Of a stretch of 64,000 nt of DNA, positions 23,254 through 32,594 are shown piece by piece (within the stretch, counting starts at the first letter, position 1; each line of letters opens with the position of its first letter). The notes beneath the pieces are model-generated. The model saw only the letters and a list, made by a program, of their open reading frames with translations. It was not told the origin of the DNA and made no database searches. The DNA is taken from positions 288,001-352,000 of the forward strand of contig CAWAWS010000006.1 of the NCBI GenBank assembly GCA_963785725.1, read 5' to 3'. A program made the position numbers and the translations under genes. The DNA is from an uncultured delta proteobacterium. GTDB lineage: Bacteria; Myxococcota_A; Polyangia; Palsa-1104.

Positions 23254-24147
23254 ATGCTCACTTGGTCGCACGTGCGCGAACGGGTCGCAGTGGACGTCTT
23301 GCGCTGGACGCCCAAAGGCACCCTTTCGCGAGGAATTGGCTGGGCTGCCAGCCGCCGCGTTCCGCGCCCGCTGCGCGGCGCTTTGTACGGCGGCTTCGCC
23401 CGCGCCGTGGGCGCCGATCTGTCGGCGCTGGACCGGCCGGTCACCGACTTCGAACGCTTCGACGACTTCTTCACGCGGCCGCTGCGCGCGGGTGCGCGCC
23501 CCATCGCCGGCGGCGACGGCGTCGTGGTCTCGCCGGTCGACGGCCTCGTATCCGAAGCGGGCGTGGCCGAAGGCGGCCGGCTGATTCAGTGCAAAGGGCG
23601 CGACTACACGATCGCCGGCCTGCTCGCCGACACCGTCGAGGCGCGCGCCTTCGAAGGCGGCCATTACGCGACCATCTACTTGTCGCCGCGCGACTATCAC
23701 CGCATTCACTCGCCCGTCGACGGCAAGGTCACCGGCTACCGGCACATCCCGGGCGCTTTTTTCCCGGTGAACCCGATGTCGGTGCGCAACGTCGCCGGCC
23801 TGTTCTCCATCAACGAGCGGCTCGTCACCTATCTCGACAGTGACGTCGGCCGCGTCGCCGTCGTCGCCGTCGCCGCCACCGGCGTCGGCCACATCACCGC
23901 CAGCTACGACCGCGAAGTGCGCACCCATCGCGGTGGCGCCGCCGGCCGACACGGCTGGGCGCAGCGTTACGCTTCGCCGCGTCCGCTCGGTCGCGGCGCC
24001 GAGCTCGGCATGTTCCACTTGGGCTCGACGGTGATTCTGCTCTTCGAGCCCGGTCGGGTGCGCCTGGCGACGGCGCGCGAGCAGGTGCTCAAGGTCGGCG
24101 AACGCATCGGCGAGCGCGGCGATCAAGAGCGCGAGTTCGCGGCATAA
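23254..24147 (+). CDS. psd: Phosphatidylserine decarboxylase proenzyme
   Basis: FFTRPL, SPVDG, YLSPRDYHRIHSP, NER, FHLGST cleavage motif. Confidence 0.93.
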   Translation: MLTWSHVRERVAVDVLRWTPKGTLSRGIGWAASRRVPRPLRGALYGGFARAVGADLSALDRPVTDFERFDDFFTRPLRAGARPIAGGDGVVVSPVDGLVSEAGVAEGGRLIQCKGRDYTIAGLLADTVEARAFEGGHYATIYLSPRDYHRIHSPVDGKVTGYRHIPGAFFPVNPMSVRNVAGLFSINERLVTYLDSDVGRVAVVAVAATGVGHITASYDREVRTHRGGAAGRHGWAQRYASPRPLGRGAELGMFHLGSTVILLFEPGRVRLATAREQVLKVGERIGERGDQEREFAA

Positions 24148-24150
24148 GGC

Positions 24151-26454
24151 ATGTCCGACTCGGGTAAAGAGCACACCGGCGAGCTCGACTTCTCCGACGG
24201 CGAATTGGCCGAGATGGGGGTCGAGATCATCGGCCGTGACGCGGCGCCGCAGCCGCGCCGATCGCGTTCGATGCTGCGTATTCCCGTCGACGAGGTGCCG
24301 CGCCCGCAGCCGGAAGCGGCGCGCACGGGCTCGACCGAGCCGTCGATGCCGTCGTTCGGTCACGAAGGCGACGCCGCCGACGAAGTGGTCGACCACGCGT
24401 TCCGCAACGGCGGCGAAGCCGAAGGCATCGTCCCGGCGGCGCTGCGGCTGTTGGCCGCGCCGCTCAAGGACGAGCTGGAGGCGTTCTCGGCGCAGCTGTT
24501 CGCCGAGCGGGATCGGGTGCTCGAGCGCCATCGCGGCGCCGAGGTCGAAGAGGTCGAGGCCGAGCCCGACGACGACACCGATCCGAAGGCGCTGGCCGCG
24601 CTGCGCGCCGAGGAAGCGGCGCGGGCGCGCGTGCCGACGCCGATGGCGACGCCGGCGATGGCGACCGCGGCGCCGACGTCTCCTATCTCGGTGCCGTCGC
24701 CCGCGCCGGTCGCGCCGACGGCGATGGCGCCGATGCTCGACGAGGGCGCGGGCGCCATTCCGCAGCCGGTCGACGACGCGCCGACGCGCGAGCTGGCGAT
24801 GTCGATCCCGTTCAACGCCACGCCGCCGACGGGCATCTCGACGCGACCGATGAGCCCGGCGCTGGCGGCGTTGGCGCGCGCGGTCGCGGCGCCGCCCGAG
24901 CGCAAGGGCGACTGGCTGTCGCCGGCGCAGGCGACGGCCGAGCCGGCTTCGGTCGATACGCGCGTGGCCGCCGTGGCCGCCGCCTTCATCGAGCCCGAGA
25001 TTGACGAAGCCGATGACGAGATGGAGCTCGACGGCGCCGAGCTCGAGGATGTCGAGCAGCTGACGCCGCCGCCGAGGCCGCGAGCCCGGACGATGACTCC
25101 GGTCACGCCCGTATCCGCCGACGACGTAGAAGGCGTGACCGCGGCGCTGCTGGCCGTGACCACGGCCGCCGCCGCTGCTGCCAACCCGTCGGCGACGGCT
25201 TCGACGCCGTTGCCGTCGATGACGCCGACGCGGACGGCTTCGTTGACGCCGGCGCCACCGATGGCGCGCACGGCGCCGGCGATGCCGGCCGCGCGCTCGA
25301 CGCCGCCTGCCGGTCAGCCGGCCCAGCCGTCGGCGGTCAACGGCAACGGCAACGGCAACGGCGCCGCCAACGGGTCGACCACGCACGCCGCGCCTGCCTC
25401 GCCGGCGCACGCCGCGCCTTCGACGGCCGCGTCACCGCCGACGCAGGCGCCGCACGCGCCGCCGCCGACGCCGAGCGCCGCCGCGCACGCCGTCCCGCCG
25501 GCCGCGTCCACGCCGGCTGCGACCGTGCCGCCGCCGATGCCCGCCGCGCCGCCGCCGATGCCGGCTGCGTCCGCGCAGCCGCACCCGCCGGCGCAAGCGC
25601 ATCCGCCGGCCATGCCGGCACCGGCCGCGATCGCGCCCGCCGCCGCCGCGCCTGCCGCGCAGCAGGCCGACGCGCCGCTCCGTCCGCGCCGTAAACGTCG
25701 CGCCAAGCAGTGGTTCGAAGAGATCTTCGACGACGATTACCTGCGCACGCTGCCGTTTCTGACGCCGCGGCAGACCGAACGGGAAGCGCAGTTCATCCAC
25801 GAGTCGCTGCAACTGCCCGCGGGCGCTGCCATTCTCGATTTGGCCTGCGGTTACGGCCGACACGCGATGGAGCTCGCGGCCAAGAGCTACAAAGTCACCG
25901 GTCTCGACCTGTCGCTGCCGCTCTTGATTCGCGCCGCCGACGCCGCGCGCCGCGTCGGCGTCAACGTCAACTTCATCCACGGCGACATGCGCGAGATGAC
26001 GTTCGAGGACGAGTTCGACGCCGCCTGCTGCATGTTCACGTCGTTCGGCTACTTCGACGACGACACCAACCGCAAAGTGGCCGCGAACCTGGCGCGCGCC
26101 ATCAAGCCGGGCGGCAAGCTGCTGATCGAAGTCGTGAATCGCGATTATCTCTGTCGCGACCTGCCGACGCGCGTCTGGTGGCAGGGCGATGGCTGTGTCG
26201 TGCTCGAAGAGGTCGACTTCAATTACTTTTCGTCGCGCCTACAAGTGCAGCGATCGATCATCTTCGAGGACGGCCGGCAGCTCGAGCAGGAGATCTCGAT
26301 CCGCGCCTATTCTCTGCATGAAATCGGCAAGGTACTGCATCACTCGGGGTTCCGCGTCACCGAGGTTTCGGGCGGGCTCACGCTGCGCGGCAAGTTCTTC
26401 GGTGCCAACTCTCGCCAGCTAATCGTAGTGGCAGAGAAGAAACTCACACCTTAG
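24151..26454 (+). CDS. Class I SAM-dependent methyltransferase with long acidic, Pro/Ala-rich disordered N-terminus
   Basis: C-terminal ILDLACGYGRH, GLDLS, GDMR, FTSFGYF; about 500 aa low-complexity N-terminal region. Confidence 0.85.
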   Translation: MSDSGKEHTGELDFSDGELAEMGVEIIGRDAAPQPRRSRSMLRIPVDEVPRPQPEAARTGSTEPSMPSFGHEGDAADEVVDHAFRNGGEAEGIVPAALRLLAAPLKDELEAFSAQLFAERDRVLERHRGAEVEEVEAEPDDDTDPKALAALRAEEAARARVPTPMATPAMATAAPTSPISVPSPAPVAPTAMAPMLDEGAGAIPQPVDDAPTRELAMSIPFNATPPTGISTRPMSPALAALARAVAAPPERKGDWLSPAQATAEPASVDTRVAAVAAAFIEPEIDEADDEMELDGAELEDVEQLTPPPRPRARTMTPVTPVSADDVEGVTAALLAVTTAAAAAANPSATASTPLPSMTPTRTASLTPAPPMARTAPAMPAARSTPPAGQPAQPSAVNGNGNGNGAANGSTTHAAPASPAHAAPSTAASPPTQAPHAPPPTPSAAAHAVPPAASTPAATVPPPMPAAPPPMPAASAQPHPPAQAHPPAMPAPAAIAPAAAAPAAQQADAPLRPRRKRRAKQWFEEIFDDDYLRTLPFLTPRQTEREAQFIHESLQLPAGAAILDLACGYGRHAMELAAKSYKVTGLDLSLPLLIRAADAARRVGVNVNFIHGDMREMTFEDEFDAACCMFTSFGYFDDDTNRKVAANLARAIKPGGKLLIEVVNRDYLCRDLPTRVWWQGDGCVVLEEVDFNYFSSRLQVQRSIIFEDGRQLEQEISIRAYSLHEIGKVLHHSGFRVTEVSGGLTLRGKFFGANSRQLIVVAEKKLTP

Positions 26455-26650
26455 ATCCTTCGTCGAACCAACGCTATCGACTGCTGAAGTGTCCAAACAG
26501 CATGTGTGCGCAGCCGGCACATATGCGCATTCAGCGCGCGTTACGGCCGATCTCGGCCTTGCGCCGTCGACGGTGCGTCTTACTTTTTGAGTCTGGCAGT
26601 GCAACCGAGGAGTGAATCGGTTCGTACCGTCAGTATTACGAACGTATGCC

Positions 26651-28129
26651 ATGCCTACGAAAAAAAGAAAGGTCAAAAGGCCCCCGATGAAGACCGCCGC
26701 CCGCCTGCAGCGTGAAGAGCGTCCCCGGTTCGCCGCCCGCCCCCAGAAGGCGAAGGCTTCGGCGCAGGCCGACGTCGTCGACGCGTCCGCGGAGAGCAGT
26801 AAGGGGCGCAAATCGAAGATGACGACCGTGCCCGACGTCGAAGACGCGGGCAACGACGCGGCGGTCGCGGAGCTGGAGGCGGTCATCGGCCAGGGCGACG
26901 ACGGCGATGACGAAGAGCCGGCCGAGAAGCGCGAAGCCGAGGAGCCGTCCAACTTCCTCGCCATGTACTTCAAGGACATGGCGCGGCTGGCCGTCTTGCG
27001 TCCGCAGGAGGAGTTCGAGTCGGCGCGCAAGCTGGAGTCGCTCGAGATCGCGCTCTGGGTGCGCGTGTTGACCTACGCGCCGGTGACCGAGCACGCGCTC
27101 AAGGTCTGTGAGCGGACGCTCGAGAATTCGCTGCCGGACTTCAAAGTCATTCGCAAGCACTTGGGCGCGCTCAAGAAGCGGCATCCGAAGTCGGAGCAGG
27201 AGAAGTTCGAGCGCGTCGTGGTCAAGACGGCCGAGAAGGTGCGCGCGCTCGATACCGACAAGCGCATCCTCGACATCGTGCTCGACGAGATCGACAAGAT
27301 CGTCAGCGGCCGGCCCGGTCGCGTCATCGACGACGTGGTCGACCTCGAGCCGCACGGCAAAGAGTTCAAGCGCTTCATGAGCGACGTCGGCACGGCGTAC
27401 GCGCGGGCGCAGCGGGCGAAGAACGAGTTCGTGAAGGCGAACTTGCGGCTCGTCGTCTCGATCGCGCGCCGCTTCAACTACGGTCGCATGCCGCTCGCCG
27501 ACCTGATCCAGGAAGGCAACATCGGGCTCATCAAGGCCGTCGAGCGCTACGACTATCGGCGCGGCTATCGCTTCTCGACGTACGCGTCGTGGTGGATTCG
27601 TCATGCGATCTCGCGCGCGCTCGCCGACAAAGGCCGCGCGGTGCGACTGCCGGTGCACATGATCGACGCCTACCATCGCGTCGCCAAGTCCAAGCGCGAG
27701 CTGTCGGCGAAGCTCGGCCGTCAGCCGACGAGCGAGGAGATCGCGGTGGCGACGGGGATCGCGGCGCCGAAGATCGAGAAGATGCGCACGTTCTTGCTCG
27801 ATCAGTCGTTCTCGCTCGATCGCACGGTGTCGGATGAGGATGGGCGCAAGTTCATCGACTTCATCCAGGATCCGAACGCCGAGAATCGCACGACCACCGA
27901 CGACATGGTCGACGACGCGATGCAGACCGAGGTGCGCTCGCAGCTGGAGCATCTGAAGCCGATCGAGGCCGATATTTTGCGGCAGCGCTTCGGGCTCGAC
28001 ACCGATCACGAGCTGACGCTCAAGGAGATCGGCGAGAAGTACAATCTGTCGCGGGAGCGGATTCGGCAGCTACAGGAGCAGGCGCTGACGAAGATGCGGC
28101 GCGCGCTGCAGCGTAAAGATCTGATGTAA
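26651..28129 (+). CDS. RpoD-like sigma-70 factor (probably non-primary, group 2-like)
   Basis: [63 protein letters not shown]; start uncertain. Confidence 0.9.
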   Translation: MPTKKRKVKRPPMKTAARLQREERPRFAARPQKAKASAQADVVDASAESSKGRKSKMTTVPDVEDAGNDAAVAELEAVIGQGDDGDDEEPAEKREAEEPSNFLAMYFKDMARLAVLRPQEEFESARKLESLEIALWVRVLTYAPVTEHALKVCERTLENSLPDFKVIRKHLGALKKRHPKSEQEKFERVVVKTAEKVRALDTDKRILDIVLDEIDKIVSGRPGRVIDDVVDLEPHGKEFKRFMSDVGTAYARAQRAKNEFVKANLRLVVSIARRFNYGRMPLADLIQEGNIGLIKAVERYDYRRGYRFSTYASWWIRHAISRALADKGRAVRLPVHMIDAYHRVAKSKRELSAKLGRQPTSEEIAVATGIAAPKIEKMRTFLLDQSFSLDRTVSDEDGRKFIDFIQDPNAENRTTTDDMVDDAMQTEVRSQLEHLKPIEADILRQRFGLDTDHELTLKEIGEKYNLSRERIRQLQEQALTKMRRALQRKDLM

Positions 28130-28142
28130 TCGAGCGGCCGCC

Positions 28143-28170
28143 GCGCGCGGATGGAGCGCCATCCGCGCGC
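28143..28170. terminator. Hairpin between convergent genes
   Basis: GCGCGCGGATGG-agcg-CCATCCGCGCGC 12-bp stem. Confidence 0.6.
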
Positions 28171-28177
28171 CGGCTGT

Positions 28178-28822
28178 TTACGTGGTCGGCGGCGGCGGCG
28201 GCGCGTAGGCCGGCTGCGAATACGACTGCTGCTTCGTGAAGTAGAACGTCCCCACGATCGCGCCGTAGAACGAGGTCGTTCCGCTGCCGTGGGTTCCGGC
28301 CGGATCGATGAACAGGCCGCTCAAGCCGCCCTCGACGCCGAACGCGAAGTTTGGGTGCGGCGAGTAGCGCGCGCCGAGCGCGAAGTCGTAGCCGAGCGCG
28401 AACAGGTTCAAGTCGTTGCCGGGCGTGCTGTTGATCTGCGCGCCGATCGGCAGCGCGACCTTGCCGTACAGCGCGGCTTTGTTGTCGCGCGACTTGAAGA
28501 TGTCGAGCGTGACCGACGGGATGACCGTGAACGACGTCTGCGAGTTCGAGCCGACCGCGTTACCGGCGGCGTCGACGCCGGCGGGCGCGGCCGTGCGGAA
28601 CAGGCCAATGCCGAGGCTGATCTGCAGCCGATCGATCAAGCGCACGCCGACCGACAAAGACGGGACGATGATGACGCTGGAGCCGCCGGCCACGCCGACG
28701 CCGGCGCCGAGGCGCGTATCGATGACGAGCGTCGGCGCCGTCGGCATTTGCGCGTGGGCGAGCGAGGGCGCGAGCGACAGCGCGAAGGCCAGAGCGAAGA
28801 CCAATCTGGAACGAAGCTTCAT
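28178..28822 (-). CDS. Outer-membrane beta-barrel-like secreted protein
   Basis: Signal peptide ending AHA; alternating beta-strand pattern; AGGAG RBS. Confidence 0.65.
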   Translation of the reverse strand: MKLRSRLVFALAFALSLAPSLAHAQMPTAPTLVIDTRLGAGVGVAGGSSVIIVPSLSVGVRLIDRLQISLGIGLFRTAAPAGVDAAGNAVGSNSQTSFTVIPSVTLDIFKSRDNKAALYGKVALPIGAQINSTPGNDLNLFALGYDFALGARYSPHPNFAFGVEGGLSGLFIDPAGTHGSGTTSFYGAIVGTFYFTKQQSYSQPAYAPPPPPTT

Positions 28823-28895
28823 GTATTCTCCTGTGAGTAATCCTGCGCGGCTTATATGACGTCTGGCCGCCGTCAGCAAGCCCGCGCCCGGATGC

Positions 28896-29309
28896 TCAGC
28901 GGGGGAAGCGCAGCGTCGCCGCGCCGTCGAGCGTGACGGTACCGTCGGCCTTGCGCGCGTAGAGCTTGAGCTCGACGGTCCGGTCCTCGTCGCTGCGCGC
29001 GGTGACCTCGCCGCCGACGGTGATGCGATCGCCGGGCAGCGTCACGGCTTTGAAGCGCGTCGACAGCCGCGCGATCGTGGTCGCGCCCGCCCAGCCGCCG
29101 ACCAGCTGGCCGAAGAACGCCATCGACAGCATGCCGTGCGCGATGACCGACGGAAAGCCGCCCTCTTTGGCGAACGGCTCGTCGTAGTGGATGCGGTTGA
29201 AGTCGCCCGACGCGCCGGCGTACTGCACGAGCTGCGTCGTCGTGATCGGCGGCTTTTCCAGCGGCGGCAGCGTGTCGCCGACGCGAATGTCGTCGAAACG
29301 CAGGGTCAT
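28896..29309 (-). CDS. MaoC family dehydratase (HadB-like, catalytic)
   Basis: YAGASGDFNRIHYD...IAHGML hydratase-2 motif. Confidence 0.88.
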   Translation of the reverse strand: MTLRFDDIRVGDTLPPLEKPPITTTQLVQYAGASGDFNRIHYDEPFAKEGGFPSVIAHGMLSMAFFGQLVGGWAGATTIARLSTRFKAVTLPGDRITVGGEVTARSDEDRTVELKLYARKADGTVTLDGAATLRFPR

Positions 29310-29755
29310 CGGCGCACCAAGATCGTCGCGCGCGCGGTGAAGACGCGATTGCCGTCGCCGTCGTGCGCCGTCGTCTCCAGGATCATGACGTCCATCACGC
29401 CGCCTTTGGTCTGCTTGACGTCGGCGGCGGCGATGCGCGCGACGAGCGTCAGCCGATCGCCGGCATAAACGGGCCGCGCGAAGTCGTACTCCTGCTCGCC
29501 GTGCAAGAGCTTGCGCCAGTCGAGCTCGATGCCGACGCGCGGATCGGGCGGGCGCAGCGCCGTGGCGAACGTCGGCGGGGCCGGAATGCGCGGATGGCCC
29601 GCGGCTTTCGCGGCTGCCTCATCGACGTAGATGGGATTGTCGTCGCCGACGGCCTCGACGAAGCGGCGGATGTGGCCGCGCTCGACGTCGAGCGTCAGCG
29701 CTGCTGCTTGACGGCCGACATAAGGGGCGAAGCGCGGCTCGTTTGCGGCATCCAC
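29306..29755 (-). CDS. MaoC_dehydrat_N / HadA-like hot-dog protein
   Basis: VERGHIRRFVEAVGDDNPIY, APPTF, LLHGEQEY; 4-bp overlap with partner. Confidence 0.85.
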   Translation of the reverse strand: MDAANEPRFAPYVGRQAAALTLDVERGHIRRFVEAVGDDNPIYVDEAAAKAAGHPRIPAPPTFATALRPPDPRVGIELDWRKLLHGEQEYDFARPVYAGDRLTLVARIAAADVKQTKGGVMDVMILETTAHDGDGNRVFTARATILVRR

Positions 29756-29770
29756 GCCGCGAGCATCCGG

Positions 29771-29872
29771 CTAGCGTCGTTTGTCGTCAAGCAGATCGAG
29801 CGCACGGACGCTGACGAAGCGCGCGGCGCCCGCCGCGACCAGCGTCGCCAAGATCAGAATTGCAGTTGCCAT
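29771..29872 (-). CDS. Putative 33-aa single-TM small protein
   Basis: MATAILILATLVAAGAARFVSVRALDLLDDKRR fills gap upstream of MaoC pair. Confidence 0.35.
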   Translation of the reverse strand: MATAILILATLVAAGAARFVSVRALDLLDDKRR

Positions 29873-29983
29873 ATAGGTGTGACGAGGCGCGGCGTCTTTT
29901 ATTCCCTCGCGTGCCGACAAATCGCTCCGGGATTGCTCCGCGCCCCGCCGCGCGGTACGTTGCCCGGCGATAGGAGGTTCTGA

Positions 29984-30406
29984 ATGCGACGTATGCAGAT
30001 GTGGGGCGCGGCGGCGATGTTGTTGGTGGGCTTGGCCGGCTGCTCCAACGAGCTCAAGGTGTCGTCGGTCGAGCCGGCGCAGGGCACGTTCAACGGCGGC
30101 GAAGAAGTGGTCATCCACGGCAACGGCTTTCAGCCCGGCCGCGGCGGCGTCACCGTCAAGTTCGGCGGCAAAGAGGCGACGGCGGTCGTCGTCGCGGCGC
30201 CCGACAAGATCAGCGTCACGACGCCGGGCGGCGACCCCAACACCACGATCGACGTCACCGTCATCTTCGACGATGGCAAGGCGTTCAAGGTGGCCAACGG
30301 CTTCCATTACATGGCGCAGGTGCAGAACCGCGGCACGCTCGACAAAGCGTTCAATCAGCTGGGCAAGGACAACCCGCCCGGCACTCCGCCCGCCAAGACT
30401 CCGTAA
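29984..30406 (+). CDS. IPT/TIG domain lipoprotein
   Basis: AGGAGG RBS; lipobox LAGC; VSSVEPAQGTFNGGEEVVIHGNGF...VKFGG IPT pattern. Confidence 0.82.
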   Translation: MRRMQMWGAAAMLLVGLAGCSNELKVSSVEPAQGTFNGGEEVVIHGNGFQPGRGGVTVKFGGKEATAVVVAAPDKISVTTPGGDPNTTIDVTVIFDDGKAFKVANGFHYMAQVQNRGTLDKAFNQLGKDNPPGTPPAKTP

Positions 30407-30412
30407 CTTCCG

Positions 30413-30532
30413 ACTGACGCAGCTCCGGAGGCAGCTTCGCGCGCACGCCCACAGCGACCGAGGGAGCGGGCTCTGGCCCGTGACCGAGGAGGCGAGGACG
30501 TACGCGCGAAGATGACCTGGAGCTGCGTCAGT
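30413..30532. repeat. 120-bp inverted-repeat element (MITE/REP-like)
   Basis: ACTGACGCAGCTCC / GGAGCTGCGTCAGT 14-bp perfect arms extended by about 20 imperfectly paired nt; inner GACCGAGG direct repeat. Confidence 0.6.
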
Positions 30533-31556
30533 AGCTGATGCGGAAGAGCTGCTGGCCCATGAGGACGTAGGCGCCGCTCTTGACGGCGCGCTCGCCGCGG
30601 ATGCGTACGAACGTGCCGTTGGAGCTGTTGAGATCGGCGAGCCAGAACTTGCCGTCGCGCATCGAGACGCGCGCGTGCTGGCCGGAGACGTAGCCGTCCT
30701 CGGGGAATAGGATGTCACCGCGCTCGCGGCCGAGGGTGACGGCGTCGCCGAACATGGGGAACGCCGAGCCGTCTTGGTCGCGGCCGACGATGAGCGCCAA
30801 GCGGCCCCAATAGCCGGGGTTGGGCGAGCCCATGACGTCGGTGCCGTCGTCGAGCGGAACCGGCGCCGAGATCTCGTCGAAGCGCAAGAGCTCTTGGCCG
30901 ATGCGGAAGACGTCGCCGTCGGCGAGCTCCTGCTCGTCGTCGAGCTTGACGAAGATGCCGTTGAGCGAGCCGGTGTCGCGCACGACCAAGCCGGCGGCGT
31001 TCAGAATCAGCTCGGCGTGGCGCGGCGAGAGGTAGCCGTCGGCGTCGAAGAGCGTGCCGTGGCCGCGGCCGATGACGTTCTCGCCGTCGACGAGCGGGTG
31101 CGTGCCGCCTTCGGTGCCGTCGGGGCGAACGAGGACGAGGCGGCCAATCGTCGAGCTGCCGCTGGCTTTGTTGTTGCTGCCGGTGGTGACGCCGACTTCG
31201 CCGTCGAGGCGGCTGCCGCACTGCGCGCAGAAGCTGAATTCGCCGGCCACCAAGTTGCCGCAGGTCGAGCACATGCGCGACGCGGAGACGGGCGTGGCCT
31301 CGTCGATGCCGACGACCTCGGGCAGCGGCTTCAGATGCGCCAGCGAGTCGCGGCGATCGCGCAGCGCGTAGTCGTCCTCGTCGGCGCTCGACTCGGCGTG
31401 CGGATGCGGCGCCGCTTTGGCGGTCGCGCCGCGCTCGAGCTGCGCGGTGCCGCCGGCGTCGACGGTAAGCTCGCCCAGCTCGGCGCCGCAGCCGAGACAG
31501 AACTTGTACAGCGCCTGGTTCTCACGACCGCAGGCTTTGCAGACGGACGACGACAT
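30528..31556 (-). CDS. Zinc-ribbon plus tandem FHA domain protein
   Basis: CKAC/CLGC and CSTC/CAQC; two FHA domains (IGR..SPRH..NG; LGR..SGQH..NGT). Confidence 0.88.
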   Translation of the reverse strand: MSSSVCKACGRENQALYKFCLGCGAELGELTVDAGGTAQLERGATAKAAPHPHAESSADEDDYALRDRRDSLAHLKPLPEVVGIDEATPVSASRMCSTCGNLVAGEFSFCAQCGSRLDGEVGVTTGSNNKASGSSTIGRLVLVRPDGTEGGTHPLVDGENVIGRGHGTLFDADGYLSPRHAELILNAAGLVVRDTGSLNGIFVKLDDEQELADGDVFRIGQELLRFDEISAPVPLDDGTDVMGSPNPGYWGRLALIVGRDQDGSAFPMFGDAVTLGRERGDILFPEDGYVSGQHARVSMRDGKFWLADLNSSNGTFVRIRGERAVKSGAYVLMGQQLFRISY

Positions 31557-32563
31557 CAGGTGATCTCCACGCGAAGCAGCTGCTGGCCGACGAAGACGTA
31601 ATCGCCGTGGAAGAGCGGCGACTCGCCCGAGACGCGCACGAAGGTGCCGTTCTTGCTGCCGAGGTCGGCGACTTGGAACTGCGTGCCGCTCGGGCCGTCG
31701 ATGGCGGTGACGGTGGCGTGGCGGCCGGAGATGAACGGATCGTCGGGGAAGTTCACGTCGTTGGCTTCGCGACCGATGGTCAAGGAGTCGTTGCGCGCGC
31801 GGAAGACCATGCCTTCGTGGCCGCCGGCGAGCAGCTGCGTGAGCGCGAGGCGCGACGGACGCTTGGGCGAGCCGTAAAAATAGGTGCCTTCGCTGTCGGG
31901 CACGGGCACTTCGTCGGGCGCGCAGGCTTCGACGCGCAAGAGCTGCTCACCGACGAGAAACGTCGAGCCGGTGGCGACCGTGATGGGCTTGATGATGCGC
32001 AAGAACACGCCGTTGGCCGAGCCTTCGTCGCGCACGATGAGCTTGCCGTCGCGATAGATGAAGTTCGCGTGGCGCGGCGAGAGCAGCGGATCTTCGGGGA
32101 ACAGGATCGCGCCTTCGAGCCGGCCGGCGATGTGCTCGGTCGCCGACAGCACGTAGGTGACGCCGTCGAGCCCTTCACCTTTGATGAGGATGAGCTTGGG
32201 CGAGGGCGCTTGCATGGCGCCGAAGAACATCGTCTTGCCGGGGCGCAGGCCGGCCGGTTGCGGCAGCGGCTGCGGGCGAGCGACCGACGGCGGCGCCGGC
32301 GCCGGCGCGGCCGGGCCGACGGGCTTGCCGCAGCTGCCGCAGAAGCGATGGTTGAGCGCGACGTCGGCGCCGCAGAACGGGCAGCTGCGCGCGGTGGCGG
32401 CGGGCGAAGGGTCGGGCGTGCGCGGCGCGGCGCCTTGGTTCTCGATCGTCGGGCGCACCGTGCCGGCTCGGGCGACTCCGAGCGAGTGGCCACACAGCTG
32501 GCACACGGTGGCATTGATGGGCGACAGCGCATCGCAGGCGTCGCACACGAGGCCTAGCGTCAT
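31556..32563 (-). CDS. Zinc-ribbon plus tandem FHA domain protein (paralogue)
   Basis: CDAC/CQLC and CPFC/CGSC; two FHA domains (AGR..SPRH..NG; IGR..SGRH..NGT). Confidence 0.88.
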   Translation of the reverse strand: MTLGLVCDACDALSPINATVCQLCGHSLGVARAGTVRPTIENQGAAPRTPDPSPAATARSCPFCGADVALNHRFCGSCGKPVGPAAPAPAPPSVARPQPLPQPAGLRPGKTMFFGAMQAPSPKLILIKGEGLDGVTYVLSATEHIAGRLEGAILFPEDPLLSPRHANFIYRDGKLIVRDEGSANGVFLRIIKPITVATGSTFLVGEQLLRVEACAPDEVPVPDSEGTYFYGSPKRPSRLALTQLLAGGHEGMVFRARNDSLTIGREANDVNFPDDPFISGRHATVTAIDGPSGTQFQVADLGSKNGTFVRVSGESPLFHGDYVFVGQQLLRVEIT

Positions 32564-32594
32564 ATGGTGAATCGTATCCGATTGGCAGACCGCG

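Noticed and set aside
25330..25680. Tandem repeats (AACGGC)n and CCGCCGCCGATGCC as possible array or VNTR
   Set aside because: Coding low-complexity repeats within the methyltransferase N-terminus; no repeat-spacer structure
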